A program made the position numbers and the translations under genes. The notes under the pieces are model-generated. The model had not been told where the DNA came from and searched no databases. It saw only the letters and a program-made list of their open reading frames with translations. From Octopus sinensis (lineage: Eukaryota): a stretch of DNA of 64,000 nucleotides. Every line of letters begins with the position of its first letter. Within the stretch, counting starts at the first letter, position 1. Location: the NCBI RefSeq assembly GCF_006345805.1, contig NC_043008.1, forward strand, positions 30,194,001 through 30,258,000, read 5' to 3'. This document shows, in pieces, positions 1-12,637 of the stretch.

Positions 1-770
1 GACTTCACAGAAAGGAAGTTATTTAATCTCCTATATTTATTTTTTATGCTCAACGAATTTAGACTCGGTCAATAGTTTCTTATGAAATACATTTCGTTGT
101 TAATGCGTTCATTTTGAGTAGCACTGTCTTTGAATTTATATTGTGGAAAAGTTGTGAATTTGGGATATTTATTGGATGCTCATCTGTCTATATGTTTGCT
201 GACAGATATTTTCCAGTATTCCGGAATTCTAATGTGGGATTTGTGCACCGCCATCCTCTGACGTAGGCAGTTTTTGTGTGTTTAATATATTGCCGTTTGC
301 ATCCCGAACATGTAAATTAAATTCTCCGATGCACATGTAAAGTTCGTTTTTATGCTAAATTTTTGGCTTTGTTCCAATCGGTGTTCTGATCTTTCTATTA
401 CGTTGATACAAATCCCACAGTTTAGCCTCCAGCACATTTTTACTGTCGTCTTTGTGGCTATTGTTGAGTGTAATTTGGCCTGGGTTAAAGTCCTCTTCAT
501 TAGTTTTGGTTGTCTCTTACTTATGTTCATGGTGTGTGTTTCGAGGATTTGATTCATCTTTGTCGTAATACTCTTGAGTAGAGTTGTGGTATGGAGTAAA
601 ATGTTGAAGGCCTCACTGTTATGTGGGTTGTGTGTGGAGATGTAAGGCAGGGTTTTGAATTTTTCTTCCTTCTTTGGTGTTGGTAGTCTAAGTTCTTGTA
701 TATTGAATTTAAGGACTCGTTGGATCGTATTGACGATTAAGGATTGTGGGTAATTCCTATTGATTAGTGT
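1..770 (-). mobile_element. Penelope-like element remnant (RT thumb/linker to start of GIY-YIG), 5'-truncated at a microsatellite
   Basis: ORF 282-854 contains RNYPQSLI...LPYISTHNP...SKRQPK...C-x4-C-x2-C...FSIKTNFTCASENLIY. This is colinear with the corresponding region of the PLE at 12638-13400 (LPYLSTHNP, SKRQPK, CGRPNCKTC, NFTCASKNLLY). It degrades with stops toward position 1. Confidence 0.85.
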
Positions 771-896
771 AGTTTTAGTACATATATATATATGTGTGTG
801 TGTATATGTATATATATGCACGTGTGTTTGTGTGTGTCTCCATGTATAAAACAAATGATAGGAACGAAAAATGTAATATACGACAAATTTTATTGT

Positions 897-986
897 TCAC
901 AACAACCATTTCGACGCAATTTGCATCGATCTCTCGCGGGTAGGCTGATGTGCAACTCGTCGTGGTATCTGCATGTCTTCAGGTGA
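897..986 (-). ncRNA. Degenerate type I hammerhead-like motif with long stem II
   Basis: Minus strand reads tcac-CTGAAGA-(~65 nt)-GAAAT-ggtt-GTT-gtga. Stem I tcac/gtga pairs, but the stem II closing pair is mismatched (C-C). Confidence 0.4.
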
Positions 987-1289
987 TGTTATAAGATCTG
1001 CCTCGTTAAATAGACACTGTTTCACTCATACCACGCATGCCCTTTATGACAGGATGTCTAATCTGTTGCGCAGGAATGGTGAGTGACGGACTCGATTTCG
1101 TTTTCATAGACAAAGAGAGGGACTAATTCAATAAAATATGGTAAAGAAGAAAAATAAAACTTACAATGCAGTGAAATATTATTTATGCTAGTACCCACAT
1201 ATAGATTCTTCCGTACCCAAACTGGCTGCCCTATGATCCCATATACACTCTCTTATATGCCGAGTTAAATAGACACACAAGCGCGTATG

Positions 1290-1990
1290 TGTACACTTTT
1301 GAAAAAAGCTATCCCATACTATAATGCTGCATTACAAAGGTCCAACTTTAAGAATAGCATATAACACATTAAACCATATACAAATAGATCAAGAAGACTC
1401 AGACATAGGAAAATATTATGGTTTAATCCATCTTAGGGTATGAATATGGCTAGTAAGGTAGCTAGGACACTCTAAAAACTAATAGACAACCTGTGTCTAC
1501 CTTCACACAAATGCCATAAGATCTTCAACAGAAACATTGTTGAAGTTAGTTATATTTGCCTCCCCAATGTAGGGTCAATAATACTAAATCTCAATAAATA
1601 TAAATACACCAGAAACATCTCAAAAAGACAATGCTAATGTAAATCCCCGACTGCTAACCTCTAAAAACAATTTCTCGAGATTGAACTCATATGCAAGGCC
1701 AAGATCATGGACCCCAACGGAGTAGCGAATATGTATAAGGGAATGGCGTGCAAGTCATTCAAGGAAAGGTATACTCAACAGCTGGTGTCAATTAGAGACA
1801 AAAATGTTTTAAAAAATGCAACATCCCTGTCAAATATGATATAGACATCGAAAGAAGGTAGAATAAGTACCACCTAGATAGAATGAGAAATTATTGCTCA
1901 TGCCAAAAAGTACAGAGGACAGGATACCAAATCTGAATTTTGTATATTGAAAACTAAACGTTATACAACCAACTGATATCATCCTAAACA
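1290..1990 (+). mobile_element. Decayed Penelope-like element fragment (linker and GIY-YIG endonuclease), different subfamily
   Basis: Manual translation gives HRKILWFNP, HKCHKIFNRNIVEVSYICLPNVGSII, a CKCK-like Cys motif, and EYVYKGMACKSFKERYTQ (GIY-YIG second motif region). Multiple stops and frameshifts. Confidence 0.7.
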
Positions 1991-2529
1991 TAAGGGATAA
2001 AACTTTCTCTTACTGCATACACAACAACATATCTTCATCAAATACTTCATAGAAGAGCTACCATCTGCGACGGTAACCCCACCAGGACAGCCCCTTCTCC
2101 GAACTTTAAATCTGAACATATATATAGTACACAAGCTCCACACACAGAAGAAATATGCCTCAATGTCGAAACCAAGCCTCAGTACACGAATATAAGAACA
2201 CCACACCCAGAACAGAAACAACTTAATGCAAATTGACCACACAACAATTTGTCCAAAAGAACCGAGGGCGACAAATATTTAAAAGGTCTAATGTCCTTGA
2301 TTCATTGTTTTATTCATAATAATTTAAGAGAATCTCCGCGAACTAAACTAGGCTGTGGTCTCCAAAATGGAGACGAACACTTTTATCCATATGATCGTCT
2401 TGAACATTTTTCTAAACACGAGGATATATTCCACATTCTGGCATAAATCCAATGGTAACCTTAATACACAATTCAAAGTATTGTATCCACCAATGTTGTG
2501 TTGAGCACTCATCTTTATCATTTGACATT

Positions 2530-2530
<1 letters not shown>

Positions 2531-2622
<92 letters not shown>

Positions 2623-2700
2623 TGTGTGTGTGTGTTTTATGCATGTACTTGTATATAGATATGTGTGTGTTTGTATATGTGTGGGGTATATATATCTATA
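2531..2700. repeat. Compound (TA)n/(TG)n microsatellite
   Basis: Directly visible dinucleotide runs. Confidence 0.95.
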
Positions 2701-3038
2701 TATATATTTATTCATGCTAAAATAAATACATTGATTCCAAGATGTTTGACTGAAAATGTGAAAATTTTAATGTTCCAAGTTCATAATTAGGCTTTCCATT
2801 TAGTGCTTGTTAATATACATATTGGTTATTAAAAAGAATTAAAGATATTTTTACAAAAGATCTACGAGATGGTTTTCATCCTATTTCTTTTGTTCTGCTA
2901 ATATGTTAGTATGTAGGATTAGAAGCAATATTTAGAATTTAGCTTTAATACCATGAAAACATTTATCATTTGAATCATATACTCCGATATGCATATATGT
3001 CCACAGAAATGCATCTCATGCATAAATACACACACACC

Positions 3039-3039
<1 letters not shown>

Positions 3040-3069
<30 letters not shown>

Positions 3070-3081
3070 CTATATATATAT

Positions 3082-3129
<48 letters not shown>

Positions 3130-3158
3130 TAGATAGATAGATAGATACATATATATAT

Positions 3159-3189
<31 letters not shown>

Positions 3190-3311
3190 CATAGATATAT
3201 ATATATATATATCCATATATATACCTATATATTTTGTATATATATATATATCCATATATATACCTATATATTTTGTATATATATATATATATATATCCAT
3301 ATATACACCTA

Positions 3312-3349
<38 letters not shown>

Positions 3350-3362
3350 ATATATATACCTA

Positions 3363-3400
<38 letters not shown>

Positions 3401-3430
3401 ATAGAGAGAGAGACAGAGAGAGAGGGAGAG
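3040..3430. repeat. Compound (TA)n/(GATA)n/(GA)n microsatellite with ~4 copies of a ccatatatatacctatatattt module
   Basis: Directly visible. The higher-order unit recurs near 3213, 3252, 3297 and 3348. Confidence 0.9.
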
Positions 3431-4763
3431 AGTTTTTGAAATGCATTTTATCTTTCATTGCTATTTGCTTTAAAATAAGATTCTGAAACGGGAGATCTTT
3501 CTTCATATCGGCCCCCAATATACATTTAATGTTCTATTTGTTGCGTGGTTTATGGTTTTGTTAAATTCATGTAAGTTCAGAGGTTCTGTTATGTATCCTC
3601 AATAAATTATAACAAATATATTAACGTCATGTATATTTCCATATTAAATAACAACACACGTCACAAAAATTTCATAAACTTTGTGAGAACGTGATGTAAT
3701 TCATTTTCTTTTTTTTTACCTTTGTTTTGTTTTTGAAATAATATCTTAAATTACACACATAAAACTATAAACGACAGTATGTAGATATTGGGTTGAAATA
3801 GCCTGACATTTCTGTCTAAAAGGTGTTCACCTCTCTTTTTACATGTTATTGTTTATAACTTCGTGTGTGAATGCGGGATGTACTATACTAAAATAGAGTT
3901 ATAAAAACAAATGTAATATTAGACTTGCTTCATAAATCGCAACAGTTTAATTGTTGTTCTACTCAATTACAAGAACAGTTGAACATATGAACTCTGATAA
4001 ATAAGTATTACATGGCTACATATATGTTTGGCCGAAATGAGTAAGCAAATTATAACAAGATAATAAATATTATTATTTTCCTGTGGTATAATATACCTAT
4101 TTCTGATTTGCTTTACCATAATTGATACACAATAATCTGTCGCTCTTTCGTTAAACAAGATTTTAATATGACATTATTTTTGTTACGATAAAAGCCTTTA
4201 TCTTGATGGTCGTGGATACAAAGTCAGTAAAGTAAATATATCCAATATTAGCCTTTGCCTTTCTCCCCAGAGCGTTAGTATAATGCACTAACCAAATATT
4301 GAATATTATTTAATCAACTACACAAGCAAGTACCCAAAATATGTAGCCTTGTTGTCTGATTAATAAATTGTAATCTTATAGGTTTTGTATTAAAGATTTT
4401 ATATTTAATTCATTTCCAAATCACATAGTATAACAGAACTTGAATGAATTTAACCTGGATGCAAACTTATTAAAATGGATTAAAATATAAGGCACTATTG
4501 ATTGCAACTCTTCTCATAGGAGTACTTAAATAACAAATTCGGTTATAAAAATCATATCTTTTAAATCAACCACCGATAACAATATTAATGCCTATTGAAA
4601 GGATTAATAACGACTTTGATGCTTATTGCAAGAGTCGCATGTTTCTAAAATCTGATAAAACATAATTCTAATTATTAACAGTGAAACTAATAAATGTGAT
4701 TTATAAAACAGCTAGTAGAGAAATCCGGCGATGCTCGGGATTAAAATGACAGTTTTTTAATTA

Positions 4764-4965
4764 TTTTACTTGTTTCAGTCATTTGACTGCGGCCATGCTG
4801 GTGTACTGCATTTAGTCGTACAAATTGACCTCGTTGTTTCTTTATAAACCTAGTACTTATTCTATCGGTCTCTTTTCCCCGAACCACTTAGTTACGGCGA
4901 AGTAAACACACCAACATTGGTTGTTAAGCAATGGTAGGAGTACAAACACAGATGCACACACGTGC
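4764..4965 (-). mobile_element. tRNA-derived octopus-type SINE, 3' half
   Basis: Reverse complement of the 3' half of the SINEs at 16363 and 56163 (ttttacttgtttcagtcatttgactgcggccatgctgg...ctagtacttattctatcggtctctt). Confidence 0.85.
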
Positions 4966-5039
4966 ACAAATCTACATGTAATAAAAAACAAACGAAGAAA
5001 TATAAAAAAAAAACAACGCGAGCACGTGCTACATGCAAA

Positions 5040-5178
5040 GTATTAGCAGACGCTCAGAGAAGGAAAGATAGGTAGTTTTACATTTCGGTCAATGCTCTTC
5101 TTCAGAAACAGGAGACAGAGGAATGTCCAAGAGAAAAGGAAAACGGAGGAACAACTCGCTAACGGTCCACATCTAGCT
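5040..5178 (-). mobile_element. PLE-type 3' end fragment with degenerate minimal hammerhead
   Basis: Minus strand: gttt-CTGAAGA-agagcattgacc-GAAAT-GTA-aaac. Same layout as the ends at 25320 and 25680; stem II is damaged. Confidence 0.5.
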
Positions 5179-7221
5179 ATATATATACATACGCACATAC
5201 ATACATACATACATATATACCTACGTACGTACATACATATATACATACATACATACATATATATATATACATATACAATCATATATAAAGCATGAGTGAA
5301 AAACTTGATAGCTTTTTCTCACGCATGACCGCTCAGTGGCGTGGTTGAAATCATATCAGTTAGTAATAAAGGCTTATCGGCTGTGTGTTGCCCACAGCGG
5401 TCATACGTACGCATGCAAGACCGTACGCACATTTCTCAATAGAGGAGGACATGTAAATAACGTATTAAAATAACCATAGTGCAAAAATCTTTACATAAGT
5501 AAAGTAATGTTTTAAGGAAAACTTACAAATTCTTTAAGACAAATATATTTATGCACGACGAACTTGAAATACACAGAAGTCAATTTTAAGCAGATGAAGC
5601 AAAACTGAATTTTAACACACATTAAAAATAGCTAAATTATTTTTAAAGGAAAACCTACAAAAACCGTGAGGACAGAGATTTTTATGCACAACTAATTGAA
5701 ATACACGGATGTCGAATTGTAGACAGAAGTTAGTGTGTGAGTGCGCTAAAGAGAGAGAGAGAGAGAGAGAGATAGAAAGTGTGAAAGAAACTAATATAGC
5801 GTAAAAGAGAGGGTGAGAGAGATTATGTGTAAGGAAGAGAAAGAGAGAATTAGAAAAAAGGGAGAGAAGAGAGAAATAAAAATGGAGAGAATTGGTTGAA
5901 AACTGCAGAGGTAAAAGGGGAGAGTTGGAAACAGCTGAAGTTTTTTAAGAGAAAAACCCGTGTAAAACACGTTTTTCCCGGTTTCTCGCAGGACAAAATG
6001 TTATAGTGCATGACCATCCCCGGTACATAAGTAATGTGTGTGTAAATGTTTGGTGAAAATCGGTAGAAAATTGTAGAAATGCATACGTACTACACACACA
6101 GACAGACACACACAATCATTTGTTTGATATATATAGATGAATTTAACCCTAAAACAAGCATTTTGTAATACTACTGTCTTGAAAACAAGAAATCCTCCCA
6201 TAAAATGAATTGAAATTTTAGAGAAAATCAAGTTAATACCAACACCTAAAAAACTGAATAATTTTCATCGTGAATGATTTTGGTTCAACGCATTTCTTTT
6301 CGTATTCAAATTGCTATACTCGAAAGTTAGTTAGTATCAAACAAGCGAATTGCATTTTCAAATGGTTTGGGAAGAAAGTATTGTCTATGGTCTGCAAAGC
6401 TGTCTATATTTCAAGAAATATTAAAGGAAACTCATTATTTTCTCTTGTTTTATGTTTATCCCCTAACACGCAAATTCTTTCACGCTCTTTCAGTTGCTTC
6501 TAGTGGTGCATATCAGTTGAGATAGTTAATCTTTTGAAGTAAAAGTCCTTTATATATACATAAAAATATATATGTAGGTATGAAGAGAAGGCAAATCTGT
6601 ATACATAAATAGAATAACTTGTTATTAATCAGATTCTCTTTGATTATCATATTATCTAGTCCACGCTGTGTATTTATTCAGAATAGGAATGATATGAATT
6701 CTGAAGAAATTCCACATAATCCGACTTAAAAACATTTTCTAAAAATTCATTATGTAACACCACTTTTTTACGTCCAAAATATGATAAAGGGGAAAAAATA
6801 TTTCCGTTTTATGAAGATGGCATCAATGAAATATATATTAAAAATGGTGACGTTTTAATATATATTTTAATACCCACATTCTAAACATCAAAGCCAGATT
6901 AAAAGATCAAACGATTTAAATTTTTTAGAAAATAATACGAGAATAGATAAATGAAATATTTCATTTCGTGTCGGCAACTAATGCTTTTGCATTTCCGTTT
7001 GTCAAAAGTAGATTTTCACTGTTGAGTAGCAGAAAGGGATAAGTTTCGACCTTGATATTAAAATAGCATTGGAATTTAATATGATTTTATTAATATTTAT
7101 TTTTGTAAAGCGATATATAGTAGATTGGTTTCTTTAGTTCATATAAGAAAACCATGTAATATTGCATAGCATACTTAATGGTTAAAAGAAAATTTATATA
7201 TAATTTTACGTGTTCGTATAT

Positions 7222-7257
<36 letters not shown>

Positions 7258-9094
7258 ATTATATATATATATATTGGTATTGATATTTTAAAAGTAATTT
7301 ACTCACCTATTAGTAATATATTTGAGGCTTGATTTTTATTAGTAATGATGTTCGTTGCAAATATTTATGTTTATATATATTTATAACTATCTAGTTAGCT
7401 AGCTATTTGTATCTATCTATATCTTTCTCTCTCTCGCTCTCTCTCTTTTCCTCAGTATATAGATAGATAGACACATACATATCTATATGCATACATACAT
7501 ACATATAAACACTCACACAAGTCTTTCGTGTATGTTGCTCATATAATTTTCGTGAAAAGCACACTTTCAAGTGTAATCGTAAACAGGCTTATTATTTTTC
7601 TGATGAATCATTCATTGAGAACAACTGAATTCAGAAACTTGTGAATATTGAGGGGTAGATGTACAAAATTGCAGCTATTTTTTCGTGTTATATCTATATA
7701 CAAACAAGCTGACAATAAAGATATTTCAATCATTATTCCACCGTGCGTTCATATATATTTATCTTCAAGTATATTATCTATATATCTATGACAGTTGGCT
7801 GATTTTTAGAGGCATGTGTCTCTTGTTTTTGCAATTGTTTACCACCAGCTGAGCAAAACTCTAACTAAAGATTTTCCAGCCGAGATAATTATATGTTAGC
7901 TTTTAGCCATAGTTTGCCCTTTATATATATAATAAATAAAACATATGCATATATACATACATATATGTACGTACCTACATCTATATGTAAATATACATGC
8001 ATATATAGGTACAGGACACCAAAAAAACGTCAAACATAATGAGAAACGAAAACATAAAAACAGAACCGTAGAAACGGACATTTGTTTAAAACAACGAAAA
8101 AACAGGGTACAAGACATACGACACAAGGAAAATTCCCCTTCTACAACCGCCTCCGTTTCGTCTACTCCGCGTTCCGAAGGTAAAGGCAAGACGCGACTTC
8201 GATGAAACAATCCTTCCCGCAAATAATTTGAGATTTTTTGCGGAGGGGTAAAAGTGGTAACAAAAACAGGACAGTAAAAACAAGTCAAGATAGTAAAAAT
8301 ACAAATAAAAATAAAAACAGTAAACGACAGGACAAGTAGAACAACAGTTATACGAACGAAAGCCGAACGAAAGAGATATTATTTTGAACGCGTGAGAACA
8401 ACGACATAAGAAAGGAATAGAATGCCGTCTACACCTGCGTATACATATATATGTGTGTATGTATGTGTGTAAGAGTGTGTGAGGGTATATGCAAGTATGT
8501 AAATTAGTTATTAACGAAGAAAGCATTATAAGTGTCAAACTGCAATCTCTATATCCTACTTGTTATGAAGGAACAGTAAAAATATCAGGCATCCGCCTCG
8601 GGAAAGCATCTCGATAGATGGATAATGCTAAAAACACACCACAAAAGTGTCAGAAACTTATCAGTCCTCGGCGGTGGAACTCATATGTATAAGTGTGTAT
8701 ATGTGTGTGAGTGTGTGAGTTTCTGCGTATGTGTATGTTTCTGTGTGCGTGAGTGTCTAAGTGTTGTTTTATGTATATAAGTATACGTATATACTAACGT
8801 AATACCTGTCACAATTTGCCAGATGTTTTCACTACGTAACATAAATCGATCATACTGTTTAGAGTAGTTCTTTCTACGATGTTCCATCTGGCTGACATTG
8901 GAATTGAAAAACGGCTGCAAAAACACTGAATTGCAAATGCCAAATGAATACCGAGAATTCCTTTTCAATAATAATGCATAGGCATGCGGAAGAATGGTTT
9001 AATCCGAGATCAAATAACAAATCATCGTCAGCCACTTATTTTTGTTCTAACGCATATTCGTAGGTTTATATATAAATATAGAAAGGCATGGAGG

Positions 9095-9138
<44 letters not shown>

Positions 9139-9233
9139 ATATATATAATATATTATATATATATATAATATATATGTAGTATGTACATAAATATATGTAA
9201 TATATATATATGTGTGTATATATGTATGAGTAT

Positions 9234-9278
<45 letters not shown>

Positions 9279-10433
9279 CACACGGGTGGGTGTGTACGTA
9301 CGCGCAAGCATGTGTGTTTGAAGGTTTGTTATTATTATCAAATATGTAAATAACATTCCAGAGAAAAAAAATAGATGTTGCTTTGATGGATCTATTGGAA
9401 CTTTTTATTAAATCTTCGTGTTGTTTTTGTTTATTCGTTCTCATATTTACATTCATAGAATTAGTTGTTGTTCTTTTTACTTTTTTGTTTAATTCAACAA
9501 GTTTGGAGCAGGATGGTTGCTGCCTTCGTGGAGATCAACTAATCTAAAATTTGCGTTTCAAGTTTTCGATTTTGAAAAAAGGAAACGAAATTAATATTGC
9601 CCATTTGAAATCCTACACAAGCACCATCCATTTATGCCTTCAATTCTAACGTATCATCGATTGTGAGAAGAAAGAATGAGAGAGAAGAGACTGGAGGAAC
9701 TTGTTTTTAACAAAGCTTATCAATTTCTAATATATTCTTTTCTTCTTCGTAAAGAATCAAAATTGATTTTTACTTCACACACACAAAGACTCACATATAT
9801 ACATACACACGCACACATATACACGTGCATACACATACGCACACACTCTCAGTCATATATACATGTATAAATACACACACACTATCTCACTATCTATATA
9901 TTTAATATACATCCACAGAGATATACATACAAATATAAGTATGTATATGCATATTAATGTATATTTGCGTGTGTATATATATAAATATATATAAAGGATA
10001 TGGTTGAACAATGAATATTCACTATTTTAAAATAGAGATGAATATCTCTTCTTTTTTTGTAATTAAAGTATGGAATCTGCCAAAACGTATTAATCTGAGT
10101 TTCAGATAAACTCTAATGAAATTTCCTATAGTATTGAACCAATATAATACCAGAGCTCCATTATGAAACAGGATTTCTTCTATAAGTGAAGTTTTCAATC
10201 GAGTCCGAGACATATAGTTTGACTAATTATTAATATCACCTTTTGTTTATTCATATTATATACACACAAAGAAACGAACACATACGCACAAATATATACA
10301 GATATACATATACATACATATACAAATATATTCATATATATGTATGTATATATATATATAGATATATATATATATATATATATAATATATATATATATAA
10401 AAGTTGAGTTGTGGGGTATCGCACGAGTGGGAT

Positions 10434-10699
10434 TATATAAGAAAAAAGGTTTGAAAATGCAATTTAACGATGTTTATTTACTTAACCGGTTTCACTCTTG
10501 GTAAAAGATTGTCAAAAGTTACATTTAAGGAAAATTGAATAATATGGGTTCAAAAAAAGTTTTTACATAATTGTCACATTGAGTATTATGCATTCAAAAA
10601 GGTTTTTACATAATTGTCACATTGGATATTATGAATTCAAAAATGTTTTTTTATACATAATTGTCACATTACATGTATAAATATAGTGTTTGGTAACAG
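10434..10699. repeat. PLE 3' terminal pseudo-LTR (left arm of inverted repeat), with three ~42-bp tandem units and a decayed HHR-like motif
   Basis: Near-identical reverse complement of 16034-16306, differing mainly by short indels. Unit ataattgtcacatt recurs three times, plus a partial copy near 10797. Minus strand actt-TTGACAA...GAAAC-cg-GTT-aagt. Confidence 0.92.
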
Positions 10700-11089
10700 A
10701 GAAGTTCAATAGTGTGATGAGTATATTTGGGAAAATTGGCAGAAAAGGATAAAACAATATATTATTGAATTGGTTGCGTTAATTATTGGTTGTCGCAAAT
10801 TGTCACATTACATGTATATATATACAATCTTCGGTATATATATACAGCCTTTTGACAGCAAAAATTAAAATGGCTTTTTTATACATCTCAGAATATTTTA
10901 AGTACAAGGCGAGAATATGTTTTTACCGACCTGTTGGTATTAGCAGAAAGGCTGGACTGAGAGAACAGAGGAAGTAGCCAATGTGGTGTATACTTCCCCT
11001 TTATGCATGAATGATTTTGGGGTTATCAGGAGGTTAGTATGCGGGTGTGAATAGATGTGTCCGTGCCCGCTGGTCAGATAGCGTCTGTT

Positions 11090-11898
11090 TGTCACACACA
11101 TATATATACACACACACACACACACAACAACAACACACACACACACACATAGTAAACAAACACACACCACATACACAACACACACACACACACACACACA
11201 GAACACACACACCACACACAACGCACCCACATATATCACATATACACACAGCACACAAATATAATATGTATCTATATATACATACACAGATATATAACAC
11301 ACATACACACAACACACACAACACACACACACACACACACACAACACACGCACACTACATACATAATATAAATATCACACAAATACACCTAGCATATATA
11401 TACACACATACAATACACACATACAGCATGTAAGCAATATACATACACAATATATGCATGCAATATACATACGCAGTACATACATATAATATATATATAT
11501 AGACAATGCATATACATATATACACATATACATATAAATAGTGTTTACATACACATACAAGATGTACCACATATGCACACAATACACACATACAACGCAT
11601 ACACATACACGTACGCATACATATAATATATATACACACACACACACATAACATACATACACAATGTATACATATATATACACGCAATGCACATACATGT
11701 ATTCATGCATATATAGCACACCTACAAATACATATATACACTGCACACATACACACACATATATACACTTAATGTACACATACATATACAATACACATAC
11801 ATACAATATACATATACACAATGCGCATGCAAATAATGTACATGTTTATACACACATAACAAGCAAATAAATATACACACACACACATACACACACAC

Positions 11899-11946
<48 letters not shown>

Positions 11947-12490
11947 ATACATACATACATGCACATACATATATTTTTTCACACACATACACATACATAT
12001 ATATATATATATAAAGTTCACCCCCCCCACACACAAATTACAACCTATAGCGTACACACTCAAATATATCTCTACATGCCGCACACACACACAAACAAAG
12101 TACTAACATATACACACATACCATGCATATACACACACAACACACATACACATATATATATATATATATATAATATATATATATAATATATATATATATA
12201 TTTAAAAACAAATACACATGTAAATACATACATACGTACATAATGCTCACATACACACACATACACACACACCCGTACACAGTGCAACCACACACACATA
12301 TATACACACGTGCACACACACATACACACAACGCGCGCGCACGCACACACATACACACACACGCACACAGTGCACACACACACATATATATATATATACA
12401 CCCGCGCACACACACACACAACGTGCACACACACACACACACACACACACAACACTCACACACATACATCACCTACATATATATAATGCA
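11090..12490. repeat. ~1.4-kb complex (CA)/(TA)/(CATA) low-complexity array inside the PLE 3' UTR
   Basis: Directly visible. Lies between the ORF2 stop (12638) and the pseudo-LTR. Confidence 0.9.
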
Positions 12491-12637
12491 TGCGTGTGCA
12501 TGCCACGTATGTGTGTGGTCAATGCCCGCTAGTGTGTCCTATGCGTGCCGATGCGCGCATGTGCCCGCCCGCACGATATGCTGTGAGCGTGCGCGCGTCC
12601 CTGTGTGCTTGCTCTGGATGTGCCTCCAGCGGGTATG

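Larger units (their letters stand above)
4711..6138 (+). mobile_element. Probable Helentron-associated non-autonomous element (HINE/DINE-1-like) with nested insertions
   Basis: 5' end gctagtagagaaatccggcgatgctcggga (ccgg...cggg hairpin). 3' part gaccatccccgg...tgtgtgtgtaaatgtttggtgaaaatcgg...(cagacaga)...gatatatatagat matches the usual HINE end layout. There is an internal degenerate ~125-bp duplication at 5510-5730. Family identification is from recall, not a search. Confidence 0.45.

Noticed and set aside
7990-8420. A-rich PLE-end-like repeat with GAAAC motif
   Set aside because: Probably a PLE terminal fragment, but the hammerhead core is too degraded to call and boundaries are unclear.
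10555-10680. Regularly spaced 14-bp repeats (ataattgtcacatt) superficially like a CRISPR array
   Set aside because: Spacers are similar to each other, there are only three units, there are no cas genes, and it lies inside a eukaryotic PLE pseudo-LTR.
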